Source: Alkalilimnicola ehrlichii MLHE-1 (lineage in GTDB: Bacteria > Pseudomonadota > Gammaproteobacteria > Nitrococcales > Halorhodospiraceae). From it: 32,000 nucleotides of DNA. The translations under genes were made by a program, and so were the position numbers. Within the stretch, counting starts at the first letter, position 1; every line of letters begins with the position of its first letter. Under the pieces are notes generated by a model. The model was not told the origin of the DNA. It did no database searches and saw nothing but the letters and a program-made list of their open reading frames with translations. This document shows positions 16,823 to 24,551 of this stretch, in pieces. The stretch covers positions 2,700,001 to 2,732,000 of the forward strand of contig NC_008340.1 in the NCBI RefSeq assembly GCF_000014785.1. The letters run 5' to 3'.

Positions 16823-16951
16823 TCAGGCGCGGTGGCGACGACGGCCCAGGATGACGCCGAGCAGGGCCAGGATGGCCAGCAGCGGCAGGGTCGGGTCGGC
16901 GGGGCCACCGGCACTGTTGCCCGCCACGCTGCAGGCGGAACCCCGGCGGGT
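16823..16951 (-). other. C-terminal sorting tag copy 1 (TRRGSACSVAGNSAGGPADPTLPLLAILALLGVILGRRRHRA)
   Basis: Tripartite tail preceded by an acidic run (DEDEEEFEM): Cys-containing motif, hydrophobic helix, Arg cluster at the extreme C-terminus. It matches the tail at 20826-20954 at 31 of 42 residues. Confidence 0.8.
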
Positions 16952-19741
16952 CATCTCGAACTCCTCCTCATCCTCGTCCGTGATCCGGTCCGGTTCCGCG
17001 GGCTGGTCCGAGCTGATCACCGAGCCGGCGCTGACCTTGTAGGTGCCCTCGTCGGCGGTCTCATCCTCATGCTCGACCGTGACCACCAGGTCCTGCAGCT
17101 CCGCACCGCCAACCATACCTTCGTCATTGGCGGTCTCCAGCCAGTCCCGATCCAGGACGGTGTAGAGGTAGCCGTTGCGGGCGACGAAGTCCTCATCGTC
17201 CAGGCTGAAGGTCAGCAGCACCTCGCTGCCATCGCCGGTGTAGATCGTCACGATGGGCTGCATGCCCAGGCCAAAGGATGCCACCCGCAGAGAGACATCG
17301 CCCTCGTCCGGGACGCTGGTACCGACCAGGCGGAAGCAATCCCTATCGCTGGCGGCATCGATCCGCCCCGGGATAGTCGTGTTATCGGCCTCGAGCGGCG
17401 TGCAGGCGCCCGGCAGGGCGGGATCATCCGCGTGATCGTCGTCCTGAAAACCATCCACGGTGAACTGCGTGGTCGCCACGCGCTGGAAGTTCTCCGGGAT
17501 CGGCTCCGGATCCGGGGCCTGCACCTCCATGCCATTGATGTCCGGCGCCGGGGCCACACCCCCGTACACGAACTGGCCGGTCCCGGCCTGGTTGTCCACC
17601 CGGACGCGCAGCTCGTGGGTACCACCCTGCCGGTAGTTCACCACGGCCGAGTAGATGCCATCACCGGCCTCCGCGTCACCGTTCTGGCCCTCGTCGTTGA
17701 GCGGCACGGTGGTGACGTTCCCGTCGGGATCGGTCAGCTCGGCGACCACATTGACCCCCGAGACCATCCGCCCGGCGGAGATCGCGGCCGAGATCAGCGC
17801 GGGTGACGGGTATTCCACCGTGCTGCCACCCAGGGTACTGACCCGCACGTCAAAGGTCCGACCGTCCGCCGGGTTGGCCACCACATTCAGGAGCACCTCC
17901 ACTTCACCGCCGGAGGTATTCTCCCCGGTGTCGACGGTCCAGTCGCCGACGCCACCCGCCGATACCGCGTCGCGGTCCACGGTGGCGAGGCAGGAGACCT
18001 CATCGGCTGACTCGTCGCAGCTGAACGGGATTCCGGTGTCGTTGCCGTCACTGTCCAACAGCGTGGGGGACAACTGGTCGGCACTGCCGGTGAAGTTAAG
18101 GAGCACGGTCATCGAGCCCAGGGTGGGGTCCACGGTGAAGGTGAGCCGCTCGTTGGCGCCCGCAGCGACCGGCTGCGACTCCTGACTCAGGTTGACCGCA
18201 TCGGACACGGCGGCGTTGGCCGCCAGGAAGGCCTCCTGGATCTCGGCCAGGGTCGTGGGTGAGGCGAAGAACTCACCGCCGGTGTTATCGGCGAGCCGCC
18301 GCAACACCCCGGTGGGTGCGAAGCTGCCATAGCCGAAGGCGATGATGGGGACGTTGGCATCCTGGTAGGCCTGGACGGTCTGCGGCTCTGTCGCAGCGGA
18401 GCTGTTGTCGCCACCATCGGAGAGCAGGAAGGCCACCTGCCCGGCATCGGTATCGTTGGCGGCGCTGTAATCCTGCAGTTCGTCCAAGCCCAGTATCAGG
18501 CCATCGAACATGGCGGTCAGCCCGGAGGCCGGGAGGCTGTCGATGGCGTCCTTGAGCTGGTCCTTTTCCGCCGTACCCGGGTCCGGGATGGCGATCATGG
18601 GGTGGACCACCGAGGCACTCGCCGAGAAGCGCACGACGCCCATGGCGGTACGGCCAGGCTCGACCACATCCACCAGGGTCCGACCGGCTGTGCGGGCGTT
18701 GATGATGGGAGCGCCGCTCATGCTCCCGGAGGTGTCGACAATGAGCGAGATCTCCAGGTCATCGTCCATCCAGACGATCTCCAGCTCATCGCGGCAACCG
18801 TGATCCATCTGATCGAGCTGGGTGACCACCCAGTTATCCGCCGCCGTCGGCGCCACGGCCTCCAGGGCCGTATACCGGGTCCGGTCAGGCTGAACGGTCT
18901 CGTTACCCTCCTGTGGATCGTCGGTGGTGGGTTGGACCAACACCTCCCAGCCGCTCTTGCCGTAGACCCGGCCCTGGGCGGTATCCTCCGGATCGCCGAT
19001 GTTGTCACTGGTGGAGTGGTTCAACCACTCGTAGTTACCGCCGCGGGCCTGCCACTGGCTGTTCATGATGGCCGGGCTGGTGGGCACATCGCCAACCTGC
19101 GGGAAGGTATCGCGATTCTCCGCCGGGTCGCGCCCCTCGTACTCATCATACAGGGCAAGCACGTAGTGGCCCCACTCGTGCCCCAGGGTGTAGCCGGCGC
19201 CCTCGGCATCGGCCAGCATGTCGTAGTCGCAGCCATTACCGCAGCCGTCGGGGAAGATATCCCCCATCCAGATGTGCCGCCCGGCACTGCCGAACCCCGC
19301 GATACTGGCCCGCGGCCACTCCTCCTCGTTCCAGATAATGTCGGCCCGGGAGCCGTGGCCGCCGTTGGTGAAGACCCGCACGGTACCGAGCTGGCTGGCC
19401 CCGTTGCTCTGCTCGCAGACCGAGTCGGCGAAGTGTTCGATCACGGCCTCGTAGGGATCCCGCTCGTTTTCGGTCTCCGGGTTGTTGTGCAGGGAAATGG
19501 TGATATCGAAGACGGTCGTGCCGGCGTCCGTGGAGGCCCCCACCACCCGGTCGCTGCCCGCGGCGGTGAGGCCCTGGGCGCTCGCCGGGGCCGTATCGGC
19601 ACCGATCCGCGCCTTGGAGAACCAGGAATCCCCGGCGGAGAGCGGTGCGCTGATCATGGCGGCGCTGAGGCCGGCGCAGAACAGCCCGGTGTACCAGGAC
19701 CGCCGTTTCTCGACATGGCGGTCGACGTGTCTGATGTTCAT
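16823..19741 (-). CDS. secreted CLCA-like zinc metalloprotease - VWA domain - PPC domain protein with C-terminal Cys/TM/Arg sorting tag
   Basis: I chose the ATG at 19739-19741 (AGGAAGAGGAG upstream; MNIRHVDRHVEKRRSWYTGLFCAGLSAAMISAPLSAG signal peptide), giving 972 aa. HEWGHYVLALYDEY (HEWGH encoded at 19166-19180) matches the CLCA-type HExxH...DEY metallohydrolase motif. VWA MIDAS residues are present (DTSGSMSG, GLTAM, LSDGGDN). A pre-peptidase C-terminal-like domain follows (GRIDAASDRDCFRL). For the tail, see the tag feature. Confidence 0.85.
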   Translation of the reverse strand: MNIRHVDRHVEKRRSWYTGLFCAGLSAAMISAPLSAGDSWFSKARIGADTAPASAQGLTAAGSDRVVGASTDAGTTVFDITISLHNNPETENERDPYEAVIEHFADSVCEQSNGASQLGTVRVFTNGGHGSRADIIWNEEEWPRASIAGFGSAGRHIWMGDIFPDGCGNGCDYDMLADAEGAGYTLGHEWGHYVLALYDEYEGRDPAENRDTFPQVGDVPTSPAIMNSQWQARGGNYEWLNHSTSDNIGDPEDTAQGRVYGKSGWEVLVQPTTDDPQEGNETVQPDRTRYTALEAVAPTAADNWVVTQLDQMDHGCRDELEIVWMDDDLEISLIVDTSGSMSGAPIINARTAGRTLVDVVEPGRTAMGVVRFSASASVVHPMIAIPDPGTAEKDQLKDAIDSLPASGLTAMFDGLILGLDELQDYSAANDTDAGQVAFLLSDGGDNSSAATEPQTVQAYQDANVPIIAFGYGSFAPTGVLRRLADNTGGEFFASPTTLAEIQEAFLAANAAVSDAVNLSQESQPVAAGANERLTFTVDPTLGSMTVLLNFTGSADQLSPTLLDSDGNDTGIPFSCDESADEVSCLATVDRDAVSAGGVGDWTVDTGENTSGGEVEVLLNVVANPADGRTFDVRVSTLGGSTVEYPSPALISAAISAGRMVSGVNVVAELTDPDGNVTTVPLNDEGQNGDAEAGDGIYSAVVNYRQGGTHELRVRVDNQAGTGQFVYGGVAPAPDINGMEVQAPDPEPIPENFQRVATTQFTVDGFQDDDHADDPALPGACTPLEADNTTIPGRIDAASDRDCFRLVGTSVPDEGDVSLRVASFGLGMQPIVTIYTGDGSEVLLTFSLDDEDFVARNGYLYTVLDRDWLETANDEGMVGGAELQDLVVTVEHEDETADEGTYKVSAGSVISSDQPAEPDRITDEDEEEFEMTRRGSACSVAGNSAGGPADPTLPLLAILALLGVILGRRRHRA

Positions 19742-19823
19742 TGCGTTCTCCTCTTCCTTCTTTCGCCTTTGCTCAACAGAATCTGCTCCCTGCTTGTTGG
19801 CTACGTCCTGTTCGATCAGTCGG

Positions 19824-20627
19824 TCAGTGCCGTTGGAAGATCTGGACCAGACCCGATGCCTCCCCCACGGCGGCGCGATAGGCACGCCCCGGTTCTATTC
19901 CGAGGCCCGCGAGATCGTCCGTGCCACAGGGGGCGAGGGGCACAAAGCGGCCCGGGTTGGCCTCGGCCTCCTGCAGCTCAGGGTGGTCAGCCAGGGTGTC
20001 TGCCGAAACCGCCACCTGGGGCGACCGGCGCGCGCCCTCCGGCGCGGGCAGAAATTGGAGGTAATGACCCTCCGGCTGTTCAGTGAGGGACACCTCAGCG
20101 GTCAGTACCTGGAGCGCATCGGCCAGCGCCGCGAGGGCCTCAGGCAACGCCTCAGGCTCCCCGCTCCCGATAAAGCGCTTGCCCGCCGGGCTCCGATAAG
20201 CGAAGTACAGCCGTGTCGGCCGGAAGTCGGAGATAGGCCCGTCCGCTTCCGGTCGGGCCAACGTGTGATCGCCGGTGAGGTACTGCGAGAGGGCGTGGAA
20301 TCGCGCCGGTGCAATGCGACCGGAACGCACCTCCGGAAGGGCGCCATCCGTGCGGTAGTGGGCCGTCTGGAGTCGACCCGCGGCATCCAGGCGCACGGTA
20401 TGGCCGTCGGTATGGCGGCCACCCAGCCCCCCTTCAATGCGGGCCATGTAAACGAAGGCCGCCCCGGGTACGCCGCCATCGGCGTGCACCGGGGCCACAG
20501 GCAGTCCAACCGCGGCCACCAGGCCCAGCATCACCCCCAGGGCCAGCCCCACACACCACCCCCTGTCGGGGAAGCGGTGCAGCCGATTCGGATCCGTTGG
20601 AGTGATCAGGCACATGGTTACCGCCAT
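19824..20627 (-). CDS. hypothetical secreted/periplasmic protein
   Basis: Start chosen at the ATG at 20625-20627 (GGAGAGG upstream); the ATG at 20613-20615 is an alternative. N-terminal hydrophobic segment GWCVGLALGVMLGLVAAVGLPVAPVHA. I recognise no domain. It lies between the two tagged cargo genes. Confidence 0.55.
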   Translation of the reverse strand: MAVTMCLITPTDPNRLHRFPDRGWCVGLALGVMLGLVAAVGLPVAPVHADGGVPGAAFVYMARIEGGLGGRHTDGHTVRLDAAGRLQTAHYRTDGALPEVRSGRIAPARFHALSQYLTGDHTLARPEADGPISDFRPTRLYFAYRSPAGKRFIGSGEPEALPEALAALADALQVLTAEVSLTEQPEGHYLQFLPAPEGARRSPQVAVSADTLADHPELQEAEANPGRFVPLAPCGTDDLAGLGIEPGRAYRAAVGEASGLVQIFQRH

Positions 20628-20825
20628 TGGCCTCTCCGTTCCGCAATCTGCAGGCACGCAAAGCGCATCACCACACTCTGCGAGCCGCAGCTGGGCATCC
20701 CTGCAGCCAGCCCCACAATCCAGCGGAGGGCGGGGTGCGCCAAACGAGGTCTACGCACCGACCGCCTCATCCCTAAGGTGGTCGGCGCGCAGCCCGGGAA
20801 CCTCCTTCAAGTCGTCAGCGTGACT

Positions 20826-20954
20826 TCAATCTGCGCGACGGCGACGGCCGACCAGGGCGCCGAGCAGGGCCAGGACGGCCAGCAGCGGCAGGGTCGGGTC
20901 GGCGGGACCCGCCGCACCGGTACCGGTCACGCTGCAGGCGGAGCCCCGGCGGGT
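20826..20954 (-). other. C-terminal sorting tag copy 2 (TRRGSACSVTGTGAAGPADPTLPLLAVLALLGALVGRRRRAD)
   Basis: Same tripartite tail after an acidic run (DDPDDEEHE). Nucleotide blocks 20859-20909 and 20928-20955 match 16856-16906 and 16925-16952 with 2 and 1 mismatches. Confidence 0.8.
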
Positions 20955-22676
20955 CCGTTCATGCTCCTCGTCGTCGGGGTCGTCCACCACGCCGTCCAAG
21001 GCCTGGGCAAGGACCGTGTTGCAGTCACTCTCGTCGGTGGTCACCGCGAGCCCCTGGAAGACCTCAGACTCGTCGTCATCGTTGGCCCGCATCTCCACCT
21101 CGATCTGCACATAGCGGCCCTCGACGCCATCCGGCAGCGGCTCTCCGGGCGTGAAGACCTGGAAAGGGGCGGCTTCCAGGGCCTCGAGAGAGTCTGCGGC
21201 ACGGATGCGGTAGGTACTCTCCGCGTTCTCGGGGGACTCGGTGATGCTGACGCAGCTATCGGCCCAGACGTACTCCGGAATGTCCTCCTCCTGGGTTCCA
21301 CCCACCTGAGCCGCGGCCACCGTGCCGCCGCCGGCCGCGCCGAGCACCTCTCGCACGTGGCCATCGACAATGATCCGGCCGATGCCCGTGCGACGCCCGA
21401 GGCCCCGGGTACCCAGGCCCGTCGCATCGCTATAGGTGTAGGGCCCGGCACCGGAGAGGAAGACCCCGAGGGGCTCGCCATCCTCGCCGCGGTACTTGGA
21501 CAGGCGGTCATGATTGACGTGAATGGCCCAGACATCGCCGTTGGCGTCCAGCACCACGCCACGCACATGCCCGGTGTCCTCCTGCGCCGGGGACTCCCAG
21601 ATCAGATCGCCATCGGGGGTGTATTTGGCCACGCCCCCGGCAGAGGAGTCGCCCACCACGACATTGCCGTCGGGACCGTAGGCGATCCCCAGCACGCTCA
21701 TGTTGTCGTCACTGGGGTCATCGAACTCCTCCGTTGCCTTATTGAAGCGAATGAAGGGGTTAACGCCCAAGAAGACGTAGTCGTCGGAAACGGCAATCCC
21801 GTAATTGGACCCGAACCCTGAATGACTGTGTCTGGCCACCCACTCCCCGGTGTTGGTATTCAGCTGGCCCAGGTCACTGCCGAGGGCAGCACTCCAGAGC
21901 ATCCCGTCCCCATCCACCAGACAGCCATAGGGGGTATGGCCTTCCGTGTCGATTGGCCCCTGCAGCACCTGACCGGTGTCGCTGTCCAGCTGGTAGTAGG
22001 CCTGCCCCCTGTACATGCCCAGCCAGATCTGACCGTCGTTGTCGATGCACAGCGAGCGCCCCAAGTCGTTGTCATTGCCCACGGTGACGTGCCAGGCGAT
22101 CCGGTCGTCCTGCAGGTCCTCCGGATCCACCCGGCCGGTGTTGTTGGTGTCCTCCAGGGGCATCATCTCGGTGTCCGGGTCGATCATCCCCTCGCCATCC
22201 TCGTTGCGCGAGGTGTTCACCTGGCCGTCGCCCGCGTGGTCCACCGCCTCTTCATTCAGGATCTTGAGCACGGCGGGCGGCCGTCCGTCAAAGTGGCGGT
22301 TGGCGACATAGACATTCCCGCGGCTGTCCACCGCGGTACGGGAGGGCGCGGGGCCACCCCACGGGGAGCTGCTGGCCTGCTCGGGGAAGAAGGTCCAGTA
22401 GCGCGCCAGTTCCACCCCGGTGTTGGTGTCAATCTTGGACACCGAGGCCTCACCGGCATTGGCGACCCAGATGATGGGGAAGGTGGAGACCTCCTCGCTC
22501 ACCCGCATGACCCCATTATCGAACAGCAGCCCATTGTGCGTGCCGTTCTCTTCGATATCCTGGGGCAAGACCACGATACCTGCACCGTGACTCGCTGTGC
22601 TAGCTGCCAGCAGCAGGGCGCCCACGCTCGCACCCAGGCCAACCCGGCCAACCCGATTCTTGATTAACGGTTTCAT
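20826..22676 (-). CDS. secreted beta-propeller repeat protein with the same C-terminal Cys/TM/Arg sorting tag
   Basis: Start chosen at the ATG at 22674-22676 (GAGGAGG 6 nt upstream). Signal peptide MKPLIKNRVGRVGLGASVGALLLAASTASHGAG. Blade-like repeats are present (DSRGNVYVAN, IDNDGQIWLG, VDGDGMLWSA, GPDGNVVVGD, TPDGDLIWES, LDANGDVWAI), resembling NHL or Vgb-lyase-type propellers. For the tail, see the tag feature. Confidence 0.8.
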   Translation of the reverse strand: MKPLIKNRVGRVGLGASVGALLLAASTASHGAGIVVLPQDIEENGTHNGLLFDNGVMRVSEEVSTFPIIWVANAGEASVSKIDTNTGVELARYWTFFPEQASSSPWGGPAPSRTAVDSRGNVYVANRHFDGRPPAVLKILNEEAVDHAGDGQVNTSRNEDGEGMIDPDTEMMPLEDTNNTGRVDPEDLQDDRIAWHVTVGNDNDLGRSLCIDNDGQIWLGMYRGQAYYQLDSDTGQVLQGPIDTEGHTPYGCLVDGDGMLWSAALGSDLGQLNTNTGEWVARHSHSGFGSNYGIAVSDDYVFLGVNPFIRFNKATEEFDDPSDDNMSVLGIAYGPDGNVVVGDSSAGGVAKYTPDGDLIWESPAQEDTGHVRGVVLDANGDVWAIHVNHDRLSKYRGEDGEPLGVFLSGAGPYTYSDATGLGTRGLGRRTGIGRIIVDGHVREVLGAAGGGTVAAAQVGGTQEEDIPEYVWADSCVSITESPENAESTYRIRAADSLEALEAAPFQVFTPGEPLPDGVEGRYVQIEVEMRANDDDESEVFQGLAVTTDESDCNTVLAQALDGVVDDPDDEEHERTRRGSACSVTGTGAAGPADPTLPLLAVLALLGALVGRRRRAD

Positions 22677-22740
22677 TTCCATCCTCCTCAGCAAACCGGT
22701 GGAGCGGCCCCGTTCAGGGCCCCGCCCCGCCCCAAGTTAG

Positions 22741-23805
22741 TCACTGCCCTGTGCGGGGCGAATGCATGTATGCGGGCTGCGCAAACACCAGCGACGGCTC
22801 CGCACCATCGACCCGACCGCGAAACAATTCCGCTGCACCGCCCTTTTGCGACACGAAGACAACCTCCCCCCCATCATTTGGCAGCCAGACCGGCTGAGCC
22901 AGCTGTCCGTCAAGGGTGGCGACCGTTACCGGTCGGCCGTCATCGGGGAAGCGGGAGGCGTAGATATTGGTCTTGGTCTCCTCCGGAGCGGGGGTCGCCG
23001 TGGAGGCATAGACGAGCCAGTCCCCGTCGGTGGACCAAACCGGGAAACCCCGTACGTTGCCCGGGGCGGACGCGACCTGCTCCGAGTGGCCCTCCTGAAC
23101 GTGCAACACGTAAAGTTGCACCTCGCGGCGGTTATCGGTGGAGGCGGTATAGGCCAGGTAATCGCCGCTGGGGTGCCAGGCGAGGGACTGCACATTCCCG
23201 GCATGCCGGTCATTGGGCACCAGGATACTGTGCCCGTCGTCCTCAAGATCGATCACCATGATGGCATTGCCACCCTCGCCCCCGGGCCGCGCGATGACAG
23301 CCAACTGCCCCCCATCCGGCGACCAACGCAGGGCCTCCGGAGAACGCACCGCCTCGCTGAGCAACCGCGCCTCCCCGGTGGCCAGGTCCAGTAGGAAGAC
23401 CCCGCGCGGACTGACCCGGCTGGAGGTGAAGGCGAGATAATCGCCGGAGGGGTGCCACTGGGGCATGAAGTCCATGCGCTCGCTGTGGGTGAGACGTTGC
23501 TGGTTGCTGCCGTCTGCGTCCATCAGGTAGATATCGCCGTTGCCGTCCCGCCGGGAGACAAAGGCAATCCGCTGGCGGTCAGGCGACCAGCGCGGGTCCA
23601 TGTCGGAGTGGGCCGGATCGGTCAACCGGACAATCGCGCCATCATTAAGACTGGCCGAGTAGATGCTCTGTGCCCCTTCCTGGTTGGAGACGAAGAGCAC
23701 GGCCGCGTCATCAGGCTTATCGTCCGCCGCCAGGGCCATACCCGGCAGGACCATGAGCCCGACCAGGAGGCCCAACCACCCTTGTTTGCGCTTACTCACT
23801 AACAA
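22741..23805 (-). CDS. periplasmic TolB-like PD40 (WD40-like) beta-propeller protein
   Basis: Signal peptide (KRKQGWLGLLVGLMVLPGMALA) followed by PD40-type repeats (PRWSPDRQRIAFVSRRDGNGDIYLMDADGSNQQRLT, PQWHPSGDYLAFTS, LRWSPDGGQLAV, LAWHPSGDYLAYT, PVWSTDGDWLVYAS). The track ORF starts at a TTG (23803-23805); a GTG at 23797-23799 is equally plausible. It overlaps the upstream small gene. Confidence 0.75.
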   Translation of the reverse strand: MLVSKRKQGWLGLLVGLMVLPGMALAADDKPDDAAVLFVSNQEGAQSIYSASLNDGAIVRLTDPAHSDMDPRWSPDRQRIAFVSRRDGNGDIYLMDADGSNQQRLTHSERMDFMPQWHPSGDYLAFTSSRVSPRGVFLLDLATGEARLLSEAVRSPEALRWSPDGGQLAVIARPGGEGGNAIMVIDLEDDGHSILVPNDRHAGNVQSLAWHPSGDYLAYTASTDNRREVQLYVLHVQEGHSEQVASAPGNVRGFPVWSTDGDWLVYASTATPAPEETKTNIYASRFPDDGRPVTVATLDGQLAQPVWLPNDGGEVVFVSQKGGAAELFRGRVDGAEPSLVFAQPAYMHSPRTGQ

Positions 23806-24118
23806 TCACCCTTGTCTCGGCCAGCGGGGCGCCCGACGGGGAATAGGCCCGGAGCCGGTATTCGCCCGGCGCCATCCCCTCCAGCTCGAAGCGCAACGCA
23901 CCGTCCTCATCGGCCCGGATCGATTCAATGGTGTGACCACCACCCTCCCGGATCAGGTCCAGGTGCAATTCGGCCTCCGGCTGAAAGTTACCGCCCTGCA
24001 CCACTACGGTATCGCCCTCGTACAGCCCACTAGGAACGGTGAGAAAGGCACTTTGGGCTGTCACTATTCCCGGCAGGACGAGCGCGCCCGCAGACAACCA
24101 GGTCATCAGTCTTTTCAT
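23792..24118 (-). CDS. small secreted hypothetical protein (about 108 aa)
   Basis: Internal ATG at 24116-24118 with AGGAGAAG upstream. Signal peptide MKRLMTWLSAGALVLPGIVTAQSAF. The mature part looks all-beta (possibly Ig-like or carboxypeptidase-regulatory-like). It is the first gene after the AT-richer spacer. Confidence 0.55.
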   Translation of the reverse strand: MKRLMTWLSAGALVLPGIVTAQSAFLTVPSGLYEGDTVVVQGGNFQPEAELHLDLIREGGGHTIESIRADEDGALRFELEGMAPGEYRLRAYSPSGAPLAETRVIVSE

Positions 24119-24551
24119 CGGTCTTCTCCTACACCACGGTCTTTTGCTACGGCCCCGTGACCACCGGCATTGGCGCCAACGCCTGTCTCCGGGCCCAACT
24201 CGGAACCGCCCCAGTACATCCTCACCACCCGGAACCACATCGCCTGTATATGCGCACCGTATGAACCGAATGTGGCCGCCACACGAAACAACTACACCCC
24301 ATTATGTCGGTATCCGCAATAGCCTGTTTCTGGATAATAGCGCAGCCCCTGAAGATTGCACTAGCGTGAATAACACCCAAACAACAGTTCTGTCAGTTTT
24401 TTTTACGCAGCCAGTGGAACCTTGGCGCATCCAAGGGATTCTGACTAATTATTCAACGTATCGCCCACCGATTCCCGACTGTCAAGTGAGGGAACATCGG
24501 CAGGGACCAATGTGGGCAGGAAGTGCCTGAAAGGGCTGTTAACAGGCCCGG
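24119..24551 (-). promoter_or_regulatory. AT-richer 433-bp non-coding spacer, probable promoter/regulatory region of the cargo operon
   Basis: It is the longest non-coding stretch in the gsp cluster and visibly less GC-rich than its flanks. A perfect minus-strand TTGACA hexamer lies at 24480-24485, but no convincing -10 follows at 17 nt (GATACG; TACGTT at 19 nt). Confidence 0.3.
24533..24549 (-). terminator. weak hairpin immediately after the gspE stop codon
   Basis: The minus strand reads gggcctgttaacagccc followed by tttcagg. The stem is 6 bp with one bulge and the U-tract is short. Weak evidence. Confidence 0.3.

Noticed and set aside
7327-19885. N-terminal extensions of track ORFs for gspN (to 8223), gspL (to 10114), gspK (to 10931), gspJ (to 13707), gspI (to 13882), the small secreted protein (to 24238) and the CLCA-like protein (to 19885)
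   Set aside because: The extensions are Arg/Pro-rich, overlap the upstream gene extensively and bury the prepilin or signal-peptide N-termini. Internal ATGs give canonical N-termini, Shine-Dalgarno sequences or ATGA stop/start overlaps.
20756-20795. Imperfect hairpin (cgcaccgaccgcc ... ggtggtcggcgcg) downstream of the beta-propeller gene as a terminator
   Set aside because: It has two mismatches in 13 bp and no U-tract on the coding strand. It may modulate read-through, but the evidence is insufficient.
24397-24404. T8 run as a plus-strand rho-independent terminator
   Set aside because: No plus-strand gene ends upstream of it, and the preceding sequence forms only a 4-bp stem.
16101-24551. 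The cargo insert as a mobile element or genomic island
   Set aside because: I found no transposase, integrase, tRNA attachment site or flanking direct repeats. The insertion is an inference from gene order only.
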